Positions 42,731 to 53,767 of a stretch of 64,000 nt of DNA are shown here, piece by piece. Below the pieces are notes generated by a model, which was not told where the DNA came from, ran no database searches, and was given only the letters and a program-made list of their open reading frames with translations. The DNA is taken from the NCBI GenBank assembly GCA_963810275.1, contig CAWENF010000004.1, forward strand, positions 32,001 through 96,000, read 5' to 3'. This stretch comes from an uncultured archaeon. GTDB lineage: Archaea > Thermoproteota > Bathyarchaeia > Bathyarchaeales > Bathycorpusculaceae. The translations under genes were made by a program, and so were the position numbers. Position 1 is the first letter of the stretch, and every line of letters starts with the position of its first letter.

Positions 42731-43408
42731 ATGAAGTTCAGCGGACTGCAAAAAACCAGCTTGCTTGATTTCCCAGACCGGATCGCCTCTGTTCTTTTCA
42801 CGCCAGGATGTAACCTACGGTGCCCCTACTGTCACAACTGGAAAATAGCCATCGACCCTCAACCTCCCTTTCTACAGGAAGGCGCTGCATTAAACATTCT
42901 GCTAAGCCGCAAACGTTACGTGGACTCCGTGGTTATCACAGGTGGCGAACCTTGTATGCACAAGGAGCTGCCGCGCTTTATTGCTAAGCTCAAAGAAAAC
43001 GGGTTTGCAGTGAAATTGGATACTAACGGTTTTTTCCCCGAGGTTTTAAGGGAGTGTATGGATAGGGTCAGCTACATTGCGTTGGACCTTAAGACTTCAC
43101 CCCAAAAGTATACACTGCTTGGCGCAGACGATACTGAAGGGTTGATGCGTTCAATCGAGCTTCTCAAATCGGGTTCGGTGCCTTTTGAGTTCCGAACCAC
43201 TGTTGTGCCTGAAATCGTAGAAGCTGCCGACATCCCTATAATGGGCGAACTGTCGAAGGGAGCAAAAACTTATGCACTGCAGCAGTTTATCCCGGACAGC
43301 ACACTTGATAAGCGGTGCCAAAACGTAAAGCCGTACGCACCTGAAGAAATCGCTGGCTTTGCTGAAGTGCTAAAAAAATATGTCGCCTACGTGGTTCTAC
43401 GGTTTTAG
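42731..43408 (+). CDS. nrdG: anaerobic RNR activating radical-SAM enzyme
   Basis: GCNLRCPYCHN, ITGGEP, LDTNG, EFRTT. Confidence 0.92.
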   Translation: MKFSGLQKTSLLDFPDRIASVLFTPGCNLRCPYCHNWKIAIDPQPPFLQEGAALNILLSRKRYVDSVVITGGEPCMHKELPRFIAKLKENGFAVKLDTNGFFPEVLRECMDRVSYIALDLKTSPQKYTLLGADDTEGLMRSIELLKSGSVPFEFRTTVVPEIVEAADIPIMGELSKGAKTYALQQFIPDSTLDKRCQNVKPYAPEEIAGFAEVLKKYVAYVVLRF

Positions 43409-43577
43409 CTCTCTGTTTTAACCCTCTTTCTATTGTTTTTGCTGCCTGAAATGTCCTTAACCAGGGGGTTTATATTTCATCCTTTACCTGGGTTCGTGGC
43501 GGCTTATCCAGAAGATTTAAGTTCATAGTCCGTATTGAAAGACCACTAAAACCCCAAACATAATCTGCAACATATGT

Positions 43578-43656
43578 GGGGCCGTCGTCTAGCTTGGATT
43601 AGGATACTTGCTTGGGGTGCAAGCGATCCTGAGTTCGAATCTCAGCGGCCCCACCA
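43578..43656 (+). tRNA. tRNA-Pro(GGG), intronless, CCA encoded
   Basis: Acceptor stem GGGGCCG/CGGCCCC, anticodon arm CTTGC-TTGGGGT-GCAAG, T arm CTGAG-TTCGAAT-CTCAG, ACCA end. Confidence 0.95.
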
Positions 43657-44278
43657 TACTAATAACACACAAAGAGTTTATCGAATAACGGTTAAGTTCA
43701 CGTTATTGTGTTATGTTAACGGTTCTTCGATGCCTATTATAATAGTCTAATGCAAGATAGTGGTAAATATTACTAAACGACGACTAAGATACCGAACATG
43801 ATTGAATCCCCAAAATTATAATTGATTTGTAAATTCACTGGTGTCAAATTTTGCATGATTCAAATATTTTTTTGCTTTTCTGGGTAAGGTGTGAAACACT
43901 GCTTTTTCTTTGTGGCTGAAAGGGGGGTAGCTTCGCACACTTTTCGTTTAGACTACTTTTTTGATCTGCTCTGTCCATCTGGGTTTTTGTATCGTCTTGC
44001 TTTGATTTTTGCTTAGCTGTTGCTTTTTCCAACGGAAGTTGGTTTAGTCACAAGCATAGTTAGCGGTTTCTGTGGGATACTTCCTTTTGTGTGCTGAAAA
44101 ATTTTTCTTACTAATCTTTTGGCTTTTAACTGTTGATTCATGATTTTGGGCTGCGTGTTGTTTTGTTTTTAATTAGGAGGGAAAAACAGCTGTTAACAAA
44201 GCATTTAGTATTGATACATGTTTCCGGCGAGTCTTAAATAGCCAGCTCGACTGTATGTTTACTATAGGAGACTCTAGA

Positions 44279-44476
44279 TTGGCTGGCGAATTCGAAAAAC
44301 GAGTAAAAGAGCTAAAGCTTGACCCTAAATTCGAGAAAACAATTCTTGAAATGTTCAACGAAGCCTCTAACGAAGACCCTTGCATGAAATGCGGCTCAAA
44401 AGAAGGATGCGAGAACTTTAAGTGGCACAAAAAATATCTCAACACCGATCAATGCGGCTGCGAGTTCTGTCCATAG
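44279..44476 (+). CDS. small Cys-rich hypothetical protein
   Basis: AGGAG RBS before TTG at 44279; DPCMKCGSKEGC...QCGCEFCP. Confidence 0.55.
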   Translation: MAGEFEKRVKELKLDPKFEKTILEMFNEASNEDPCMKCGSKEGCENFKWHKKYLNTDQCGCEFCP

Positions 44477-44751
44477 ACTCTAATTTTTCAAAAGTTTTAG
44501 CGTAATCTCAATTATTGTTTCATTTTTTGGCTTTGAGCGCTTTATCGAGGTTTATATTTTTTGGTTTTCACCGACATAAAAGCCCCAGTTTATAGAAAGC
44601 ATTTAAATGCTGCTCGAGCCGTTTAGCAAAGAATATCTACATGCGTTTGTACCTGAATCTACAGGGTGAACTCGCAAACCAAATCTGGGGAGATATGGTT
44701 TTGCTTGTCACTGTATGCAGCTTGGGTGTATAGGCTGTATGTGGAAGTGAA

Positions 44752-45891
44752 TTGACTATGTGTGAAAACAATGAAAAAGCAGTTATCCGCGGCTTAAGAG
44801 ACGTCGCTGCGGCCGAAACAAGAATTAGTTTCGTAAACCCGAATGGGTCCCTTTACTATTTAGGCTACAACATAGATGACTTTGTTGGAAATGCCAAGTA
44901 CTCCGAAATAGCGTATTTGCTTATACACCGGAAGCTGCCCAACGAACAGGAACTCATTGACTTCAGCGACCAACTTTTTAAAGAAATGCATTTACCAGAG
45001 GCTATAGTTAAAAGCATTAAGAACACGCCCAAAAATTGTCACCCCATGGACGTGTTGCGCACCGAAGTTTCACATTTAGGTGAGTACGATCCAGACAACG
45101 GCGACTACTCACAGGCAGCAAACCTGCGCCGAGCCATACGATTAGTTGCTCAGGTGCCCACGATTGTTGCTACACTTCACCGAACACGGCAGGGACTTCC
45201 TGTTCCTGAACCAAAAAAAGAGTTTGCATTCAGCCAAAACTTCCTTTATCTATTCAAAGGCTCAGAACCCGACGAAAAAGAAGAAAGCGTCATTCACCGC
45301 TACATGATTCTTCACGCCGACCACGGCTTCAACGCCTCCACATTTGCTGCCCGTGTAACCGCAAGTACAAACTCTGATATGTACTCAGCCATAACCTCCG
45401 CTATCGGAACGCTTAAGGGGCCACTGCACGGGGGCGCAAGCGAGAAAGTCATGGATATGCTTGACGAAATAAACATTGAAGAAGAAGTCGAAGAGTACAT
45501 TCAGGGCTTGTTGGATGAGAAAAAGAAAATAATGGGCTTCGGTCACCGCGTCTACAAAACCCAAGACCCTCGCACTAAGCACCTCAGACTCATAGTGGAG
45601 GACTTTGCTCATCGTGAACGCTCTTTGGGGTTGTACAACCGCTGTATGAAAATTGAGCAGCTGGTCTACGAGAAAAAACAGATTTACCCCAACGTGGACT
45701 TCTACGCAGCTGTCGCAATGGACGCCCTAGACGTGCCAAAAACGTTCTTCCCGCTGTTCTTTGCGTCTAGCAGAATATCTGGCTGGGTAGCTCACGTGCT
45801 TGAGCAGTACGAAGATGCGGTGCTTCTGCGTCCACAGGGTCACTACGTCGGCGACTTCGAATGTAAGTTTATCCCAATCGAAGAACGCTAA
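44752..45891 (+). CDS. gltA: citrate synthase (Si-type, short form)
   Basis: HADHGFNASTFAAR, LKGPLHGGA, MGFGHRVYK..DPR, YPNVDFY. Confidence 0.93.
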   Translation: MTMCENNEKAVIRGLRDVAAAETRISFVNPNGSLYYLGYNIDDFVGNAKYSEIAYLLIHRKLPNEQELIDFSDQLFKEMHLPEAIVKSIKNTPKNCHPMDVLRTEVSHLGEYDPDNGDYSQAANLRRAIRLVAQVPTIVATLHRTRQGLPVPEPKKEFAFSQNFLYLFKGSEPDEKEESVIHRYMILHADHGFNASTFAARVTASTNSDMYSAITSAIGTLKGPLHGGASEKVMDMLDEINIEEEVEEYIQGLLDEKKKIMGFGHRVYKTQDPRTKHLRLIVEDFAHRERSLGLYNRCMKIEQLVYEKKQIYPNVDFYAAVAMDALDVPKTFFPLFFASSRISGWVAHVLEQYEDAVLLRPQGHYVGDFECKFIPIEER

Positions 45892-45955
45892 AAACCTTTC
45901 TTCTTTTTTATTTTTACATTGATTCCCTAAACAGATAAAACAGATTTTTCGCCTT

Positions 45956-47441
45956 TTAGAATACTGAAGTCAGGAAATGCATAATCACATCTGGGAATAT
46001 ACCGATTAATAATGAAATCACCGCCAAGGCACAAAGTGGCGCTGTCATAACAAGCGGGGCTTCTTTGACGTTTTTCATTTCTTCTTTTAGGGGTCCGAAG
46101 AAGATGCGTACTGTCAGGCCAGAACGTGTAAGCTGAAGTGAGGAATGTTGCAAATATGCCTACCACTGCAAGTATCAGAAGGCGGTGCCTGGTCAAGCCC
46201 TGCGTAAAGACGCCCGTGAACAGTATCCATTCTGCTTGGAAACCACTTAGCGGCGGGATAGCTGACAGGATCATGGCGCCCAATATGCATAGTGTTGCGG
46301 TTAGCGGCATTTTTTGGGCTAAGCCGCCCATTTCTTTGATGTTTCTTGTGCCTGTCTGTGTTACAAGTATGCCTGCCACTGAGAACAGGATAGCTTTGCC
46401 TATGATGTGGCTTATGAAGTAGAATACGCCTCCTTCGACGCCTATAGCGTTCATGCTGGCTAACCCCAGAATCGAGTAGGCGGTTTGTCCAATGGTAGAG
46501 CAGGCGAAGAGGCGTTTGATATCATTTTGCCCTATAGTCAGATATGCGCCGTAGAGCATGGTGATTACTGCGAGCGCCATAAGCGGCAGACTAAACACTT
46601 GGAATATGCCCAGCATATTCTGGTAGAGCAGCCGCGCAATCATGTATGTGCCAAAGCCCACGATGGTAGCCAATACGGCGGCGATGGATGTTGGGTGTTC
46701 TGCGTGGACGAGCGGCAGCCATACGTGGAAGCCAAACGTAGCCATCTTAACCAATAAGCCGATGAGGATTAACCCGCATACCAGCAGTCCCAGTTCGCCG
46801 GACAAAGCCGAAAGTGAGGTTATAGCGAAGCTTCCTGTGTTGACTGCGGCGATTACTGCGCCGATTAGGAATACGACTGCTCCTATTTGTGTCCAGACAA
46901 ACGACATCATGGCGATGCGGTGGCGGTCGTTGTAGCCAAAAACGTCCATTAAAACGTAGAATGGAATTAAGCCTGACTCTAAGAAGAGGAATAGCTCGAT
47001 GGTGTTGGTTGATAGGGCTCCTCCGATTAAGCCGACTGGGAACAGTAGAAACAGTGAATAGTAGAGTGCGTAGGTACCAGGTTTTTCTTTGCCGTAGAGG
47101 TGGTCGATTCGGTGGTCCATGTAGTTTACTGAGTAGATTGCCATAGCGGCGCAGATTATACTCATAGCTAACGCGACGGGGATGCTTAAGCCGTCTGCGA
47201 GTAACCCAAAATCAAGTTGGAACACAATTGTTCCCCAAGCATAGGACTCGGTTACTGTGCCGCCTTGGGTCCATATCTGCACCGCAACAACAGCTAAGAG
47301 GGCGACCTGATAGAGGATTGCTGCGGCGGCTATCCAGCCAGTGTTTCTCTTAAGATGCTTACCCAACAATGCGCAGGCGACTGCTGCAATTAAAGGCACA
47401 ATTACTGCTTGTAAAAGCATTGCGGGAATTGGGATAATCAT
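45956..47441 (-). CDS. NuoM/MrpD-like antiporter subunit; frameshift near 46115
   Basis: VKMATFGFHVWLPLVHAEHP, DIKRLFACST, PPLSGFQAE; the true C-terminus EAPLVMTAPL...GIFP lies in the 45956 frame. Confidence 0.85.
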
Positions 47442-49526
47442 CTATATGAATCCTCCCAGCCATAGTATAATCAGGATAACCACAAGAATAACCAAGAAGT
47501 ACACCATGTTGATTCTGAGTTTTCCAGTCTGAAGCTTTCTGAAAACACCGCTAAGTCCCTTAAAGCCTCCGGCTATGCCGAAGTTGATGGCTTGGTTTAG
47601 CGGGTTTTCAATGTACTTCTGAACCAAAGGCGCAAGACGAGTTGTGGGCTCCACAAAGGCTTTCATGTAGAACTCATTGATGTACCAGCGGTTCCACAAA
47701 AACTTGTAAAGACCTCTAAGCACACTGCTTTTTGCTACGATGGCATCAGGGTTAGATTTGCTGGATATGTAGAATCGGTAAGCTGGGACTGCACCTATAA
47801 CAATCATAAGCGTAGACGCTATGGCTACCACGATTTCCAAACTCAAACCGTTAAGCACCGTGTGCGTGACGGCAGTTTCGCCTGCTATGGTCAACCCAAA
47901 CGAATATACATAGTAGTTTTGGAATGCGCCTGTCAGGTAGTCGTTTGCTATGGGTCCAATTAAGCCTATAAGAACCGTTAAAACCGCCAAAATAGCATAC
48001 GGCAGCACAAGCATCCAGTGCCCCTCTTCACCGTGAACGTGGTCTGTTTGGTCAACATGGTCCTCAAATTCGTGTTCGCGATGGACGTTGCCGTCTGGAG
48101 GTCCAGTGTGGAACACCAACCCCATTATCCTGATAGAGTAAAAAGCTGTAAAGATAACTGATATCAAGGCTACGGCGAAGATTGCGTACTGCCCACTTTC
48201 AAAGCAGGCTAACAATATGCTGTCTTTACTCCAGAAGCCTGAGAGCGGGAACAGCCCCATAAGCGCCAAGGCGCCTATCCACATGAAAGTCCACGTATAA
48301 CGCATCTTTTTTGGGTTCAAGTTCATTTCGTGCAGATAAATAGAGCCGGAAGCGTGGATAACTACGCCTGCGCACAGGAAGAGTACAACTTTGAAGATGC
48401 CATGATTTATCAAGAAGAAGATCGATGATGAGGTCCCCGCCACAAGCGTGTCAGAGCTCAAACCAGCGATGCCCAATGCGAGTATCATGTAACCGATGGT
48501 GCTCATAGTAGAGTACGCTAATGCTTTTTTGAGTTCTTTAGCTACAATTGCTTGTGTGCCCCCCATAAACGCTGTGAAGCCACCGATGACTGCTGCTAAG
48601 ATGAAGAATGTTAGTGCTTCGGGGATGGCGGGGGTTGTTACCCATGCGGCGAAGAAGAATATTGGGAGCATGCGGGCGATTAGGTAGACTCCTGCTTTGA
48701 CCATGGTGGCTGCGTGGATTAGGGCGGATACGGGGGTGGGGCCTGACATTGCTTCGGGTAGCCATTCGTGGAATGGGAACTGCGCTGACTTCGCAAAGGG
48801 TCCGAGGAGCAGCAGCACGCAGGTCAACGCTAGGATGCCGGGGGTTGATGCCATCTGTGGAAGCCAGGTGCCCGCCGTCTGCATCAGCTCCAAGAAGTTG
48901 AAGGTGTGAGCATAAAGATAGAGGATAATGATTCCAGCGAGTAAGGCGGTGTCTCCAAATGTGGTAATGAGCAGCGCTTTTAGTCCGTTGCGGCTTGGCT
49001 TCTGGAACGGAAACGGAGCGGGTCCACCTATCCAGTGTTTCTTTTCATCACGGTAGTAGTAGCCGATTAAGCCGAAGCTGCAGATGCTAACCAGCTTCCA
49101 CCCCACGAACATCATGATAAAGTTGTCCGCCAAAACCAGTAGCAGCATGGATGCCATGAAGAGCTGCATGAAGAACCAGAAACGTGCGATGCCGGAGTCG
49201 TCTTCCATGTACTTGGTGGAGTAAACCATGATCAGGAAGCTTAGGAAAGCTACTATGTTGGCAATTATTATGCTCAATGTATCTACGAGTAAGCCTGCGT
49301 TGACTTGGGCGCCTGCGATGCTCACCCAGAACAGGGATTGGTCGATGGTTTGATTGCTAAACAACGTGGGGAGCATGAGTAGCGTCATAACCCAGCCCAC
49401 CGCAGTCGTTGTGATTACGGTAGCGTTCATGACTTTGCGGTTAACCTTATTTAACACAAGTGCGGCTAAGGCTCCGATAACTGGGAAAATCCAGCATAGC
49501 CACGGTGCAATATCGATTATCTGCAT
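47442..49526 (-). CDS. NuoL/MrpA-like antiporter subunit
   Basis: AKSAQFPFHEWLPEAMSGPTPVSALIHAATMVKAG, SGFWSKD, amphipathic C-terminal helix. Confidence 0.92.
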   Translation of the reverse strand: MQIIDIAPWLCWIFPVIGALAALVLNKVNRKVMNATVITTTAVGWVMTLLMLPTLFSNQTIDQSLFWVSIAGAQVNAGLLVDTLSIIIANIVAFLSFLIMVYSTKYMEDDSGIARFWFFMQLFMASMLLLVLADNFIMMFVGWKLVSICSFGLIGYYYRDEKKHWIGGPAPFPFQKPSRNGLKALLITTFGDTALLAGIIILYLYAHTFNFLELMQTAGTWLPQMASTPGILALTCVLLLLGPFAKSAQFPFHEWLPEAMSGPTPVSALIHAATMVKAGVYLIARMLPIFFFAAWVTTPAIPEALTFFILAAVIGGFTAFMGGTQAIVAKELKKALAYSTMSTIGYMILALGIAGLSSDTLVAGTSSSIFFLINHGIFKVVLFLCAGVVIHASGSIYLHEMNLNPKKMRYTWTFMWIGALALMGLFPLSGFWSKDSILLACFESGQYAIFAVALISVIFTAFYSIRIMGLVFHTGPPDGNVHREHEFEDHVDQTDHVHGEEGHWMLVLPYAILAVLTVLIGLIGPIANDYLTGAFQNYYVYSFGLTIAGETAVTHTVLNGLSLEIVVAIASTLMIVIGAVPAYRFYISSKSNPDAIVAKSSVLRGLYKFLWNRWYINEFYMKAFVEPTTRLAPLVQKYIENPLNQAINFGIAGGFKGLSGVFRKLQTGKLRINMVYFLVILVVILIILWLGGFI

Positions 49527-50994
49527 TTAGGCGGCGCCTCCAAATGCTGTTAAAGCGTTGGCTGCGTTTTGGGCAAACGTAACCAGCGGGTCTGGGTAAA
49601 CTCCAAGTAAAACGATGAATACTGTTAGGGCACATATGGGGATGAGCATCAGGTATGGTGCTTCTTTTGTCTGCTCAACCTTCGGCGAAGATATGGGTTG
49701 AATCAGGGTGTAGATAATGCGCAAGTAGAAGCCGCCCGAAATAATCACGTTAATCAAAAGGGCAAATCCTAGCCACGTCATATCCGCCGCCACCGTCGAC
49801 GAGAACAATGTGAGTTCGCCTGGGAAGCCGTTTAGAGGCGGCAACCCCACCAAGGCGGCAACAGAAAACGCTAAGGCAAGGGCTGTTAAAGGCATTTTGC
49901 GTCCCACGCCCTGCATCTCGGAGAGATCATGTGTTCCAAGTCGGTAAATAATAGCTCCTGCGCAGAGAAAAGCTGCACCCTTCATTATGGCGTGGTTGAA
50001 GAACTGCAAAAAAGTCCCAGTTAAACCCATCTGGGTTCCTACAGCTAATCCGACTAGCATGTAGCCGACTTGTCCTATACTTGAGTATGCGAGCATGCGT
50101 TTCAGGTCGGTCTGCATCAGGGCGGTTACGTTGCCTACAATCATCGTTATGACTGCGAGTACAGCGAGCAAGGGTGCCCAGACCGCTTGAATGGATAGGA
50201 AAGATGTAAAAAAGACTTTGGCTAAGGCGAAAATACCTGGACCAATTACTATACCTGCTAGTATGGCGGATATAGGTGCAGGCGCAGCGGTGTAGGCGTC
50301 GGGCAGCCAAGTATGCAGGGGGAAAACCGCTGCTTTAACACCGAAACCCAAGAAGATGAATAGTGCTGCCATATATATCCATCCGTTTGGGGCCGCACCT
50401 GCTACTGAGGCGTTGAGTCCCTCAAAGTTAACGGTGCCAGATAACCCGTAGAGAAGGGATATTCCAAAGAGAGCTGTTGCGGAGCCTGCTGCGCTCATGA
50501 TTAAGAATTTGAAGCTGGCTTCAATTTGCACGTTTTCTTCTTTGAAGAATGCGACTAGTGCGTAGGATGAGATTGACATTAGCTCCCAGAAAACGAACAA
50601 AATCAGCAGGTCGCCTGCGAAGACGATTCCGATCATGCCGCTGATTAGGGACAGGATTAGTGTGTAGTAGAAGGGTGATTCGGCTTTGTTTTTGGCGTAG
50701 GTCACCGAGTATATGGTTGCCGCAATGCCTAAGCCCAGAAAGATAGTTGCCATAAAGATGCTTAAGGTGTCTACTCGTAGCGTTGCCCACGCCATGTCGT
50801 TGCTAGGGACATAAACCACCCTAGCACTAGTACATTTGCTTGTACAAATCGTACAAGCCGTACCCAACCGCTGACAGAGCAATTACGGTGAAGGCTCCCA
50901 AAACTTTATTTCTGTGCTGTTTGGGCGTCAACCAGCCTACTATGGGGGAAACAACAGTGAATAGTAAAAGTAAATCAAACGGTAACGTAAACAA
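49527..50994 (-). CDS. NuoN/MrpD-like antiporter subunit; frameshift near 50820
   Basis: FWELMS, KAAVFPLHTWLPDAYTAAP, DLKRMLAYSSIGQ; N-terminus from TTG at 50994 in another frame. Confidence 0.85.
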
Positions 50995-51002
50995 TCCTTT
51001 TC

Positions 51003-51320
51003 TTACCCCCTCAACTTCCTTAACTCGTCAGAATCTAGTGTTCCATAATGCCGATAAATCAAAACAACAACCGCCAATGCCACTGCACTTAACGCACCCG
51101 CTAAACCGATGGAGATGCTTGCAAACGAGTGCCCCATGGAATCTACAAAGCCTGGGTTGGCGTAGGCTGCAAACGTGATGAAGTTGATGTTCGCTGCATT
51201 AATCAGCATTTCAACTGCCCAATAATCAGGCGAATCAAGTTGCGTTTTGTCGCTAAACAATATATTCCGAGTATGTAAAGAGTCGAAAGAGAAGATGAGC
51301 CAGTAGGCAAGGTCAAGCAT
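51003..51320 (-). CDS. NuoK/MrpC-like subunit (internal compensating indels)
   Basis: VEMLINAANINFITF...IYRHYGTLDSDELRKLRG; GGAGG RBS. Confidence 0.75.
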   Translation of the reverse strand: MLDLAYWLIFSFDSLHTRNILFSDKTQLDSPDYWAVEMLINAANINFITFAAYANPGFVDSMGHSFASISIGLAGALSAVALAVVVLIYRHYGTLDSDELRKLRG

Positions 51321-51589
51321 GCGTTTTTCTCCTCCGTTTTTCAATAAGCCCAACGTTGCTGCTGCAGCTGCAAACAACACAAATGCTTGAGCAATCAAGG
51401 CTAATCCGTCTTTGTTCCACATAAATCGGCTGTCTTCGGCGCCAACTTCACCGTTTACGCTAACAAAGCTGCCTGTCTGGTTTGAGGCATGGAAAACTGG
51501 GAACTCTTGCTGGAACGCCACAACTGAAAACAACGCACAGCCAAAACGGCAAATATGACTGCTACAAGAAATGCGGCATTTAGCTTCAT
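51313..51589 (-). CDS. NuoJ C-terminal-half-like membrane subunit (frameshifted)
   Basis: FMWNKDGLALIAQAFVLFAAAAATLGLL; position between the J-like and K-like genes. Confidence 0.5.
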
Positions 51590-51848
51590 TTTTTGCCTCC
51601 TTGCTGGTCGTCAACATTACTGCTGCCAAGAAAATGCGCGACGACTGCGCCTGCGTATATTAGGATTTGGAAAACAGCGACGTAGGGGGCGTTAAGAAGC
51701 CAGAACAATCCGCCGATAGCTGATGCACATGCCGCAAAAACCAATTACTGCAGTGTAAGATATTTTTTGCTTCGATAGTGAAAAGTGCAAGAAGTATTGT
51801 TGCAATCATTAGAGCAACCTGTAATACTTCATCTAGCGCTTACCCCAT
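51586..51848 (-). CDS. NuoJ N-terminal-half-like subunit (frameshifted)
   Basis: Reconstructed LFWLLNAPYVAVFQILIYAGAVV...AVML. Confidence 0.65.
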
Positions 51849-51905
51849 CCCCTATATTACAGTTTAAAACAAAAACTTAATAGGAGGCTTTAAACTTTTT
51901 CGCAA

Positions 51906-52253
51906 ATGGGCGGCAATGATGACGAAAGTCTTGCATACATTTTGCCGCTTGTTTTCATAGTTTCGCTAATTTCTGCGCTATCATTATACATGAGTCGGCG
52001 GGAAGGTTGTCACCGAAAAATAAACCAACTCCGAGCAAACTACTCGTATAGCTGCGGCGAAATAGCTCCTGCAAAAGAGGCTAAACTGGATTTGGAACGG
52101 TTTCTAACATTTGCCGTTTACTTTCTAATCTTTGACGTTTTAGCATTCGTCACTATGACTTCTTTCTATGCTACAGACTTCATGCCTGTCGTTTACTCTT
52201 TAATTGTGTTGGTGGCAGTGGGCATGCTGATTTTTGCTGAAAAAACGCTCTAA
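51906..52253 (+). CDS. NuoA-like subunit
   Basis: YSCGE...FAVYFLIFDV; three TMs. Confidence 0.75.
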   Translation: MGGNDDESLAYILPLVFIVSLISALSLYMSRREGCHRKINQLRANYSYSCGEIAPAKEAKLDLERFLTFAVYFLIFDVLAFVTMTSFYATDFMPVVYSLIVLVAVGMLIFAEKTL

Positions 52254-52368
52254 AAACCCTCAAATAGTTTTCCATTAAACTAGTTGAAATAATCATTTTT
52301 CCTGTTCATTCAATCGATAATATTAAAAGCTGCGAACGAGTATTCAACGATCCTGAAGGCGCTTAGGA

Positions 52369-53338
52369 ACGATTGCACTCGACATCTTAAGCATCATCGT
52401 CTTTCCAGGTGTATTATTCCTGCTTCTGCTGGCGTTTTTCTACGAGTGGATAGATAGAAAAACCTACGCTAAAATCCAAAACCGCTACGGACCGCTAAAA
52501 GCTGGTCCAGCTGGACTTCTGCAGCCCTTCGCTGACTTCGTTAAAGTTGCTATCCAAAGAAGACATAGCACCCGCAGCATGCGACAGACTTCTTGTTTAC
52601 TGCAACACCTATAATTTACCTCACCTGCCTTTAGTGGCGCTATTTCTTGGTCCCAATAGCAAGTTCCACAGCCATAGCTGCATTTGAAGGTGATTTAGTT
52701 TTTGTTATGTTCATCTTCTCACTCATGATAATCACGGTGTTTTTGGCGGCTGGAGTTCCAGAAACCGTTATAGTACAATTGGTGGTGTCCGCGCTATGTT
52801 GCAGATGATGAGTTTTGAAATCCCCATGGCGCTCGCACTTGAGTGGACCAGCAATTGCAGCAAAAAGCCTCTCTATTAGCACGATTTCTCAGTGGCAAGA
52901 TACGCAGACTTGGTTGGTTATTCTTCAGCCCATCGGATTTGTTGATTTTGGTTATTTGTTTGATGGCGGAGTTGAAACTGCCCCCTTTAATATTCCCGAG
53001 TCGGAGTCAGAAATTGTGGCGGGTTGGCGTACCGAATTCAGCGGCAGAAAATTTGCGCTGATACGCTTGGGCAAAAATCTCGAACTCGTCTTAGCCTCAG
53101 CTCTTAATCGCAGCACTATACTCTAGGCGGCATAAACGATTTATTCTTCATACCAGCCGCAATAGTCATATTTTTAATAAAAACCATCGTACTCGTGGTG
53201 CTATTGCTCTCCTTCCTAAGAGCAATATTCGCGCGGTTACGCCTTGACCAATCAATCGCAGGCATGTGGCGATACCTCTTACCACTGGCTATCCTTCAGA
53301 TAATCTTAGTAGAATTCGGAATAGGCATAATGATCTAA
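52369..53338 (+). CDS. NuoH/HycD-like membrane subunit, heavily frameshifted
   Basis: EWIDRKTYAKIQNRYGP...GLLQPFADFVK, PFNIPESESEIVAGWRTEFSG, FARLRLDQ; start codon unclear. Confidence 0.75.
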
Positions 53339-53363
53339 AACTTGAGTTTTGCCAGGTGGTTGC

Positions 53364-53763
53364 TTAAGGATTTTGAGTTACTTCGGTGCTTACGTGTTTT
53401 CGTGGCTCAGGCTTAATTACCAAGGTGTTCTTGTTCGTAGCAGCTAACTCGAAAGACTTCGCAAGCCCAAACACCTTCCTTGGGCAAGTTTCAGCACATT
53501 GATAACAAAAGATGCAGTGGTCAAATGGATCAGAGGTCGCTTTTTACCCGTCAACCATAACCATTTCGATGGCGTTAGTAGGACATTCTCTGGCGCACAA
53601 GGTGCAGCTAATGCACTTATCAAGATCCAAGCACTTGTTTTCCTCGGAAACACTTCGCCACAGACGCAGAGACTTCAGGATACTTTTGTGTGGCGCGTTT
53701 TTTGAACAGATTGGCGAAGGCATCTCTTGCGAGTCTTGTGGAATAGTGTTTGCCAGTCATCAT
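53364..53763 (-). CDS. NuoI/HycF-like 2x[4Fe-4S] subunit, frameshifted
   Basis: Reconstructed ATQKYP...FRGKQ..DKCISCTLCARECP...CIFCYQCAETCP. Confidence 0.72.
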
Positions 53764-53767
53764 TCAC

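Noticed and set aside
43657-44250. Integrated element at tRNA-Pro, and the 62-aa ORF at 43844-44032
   Set aside because: No integrase and no duplicate of the tRNA 3' end were seen; the ORF is low-complexity and lacks motifs
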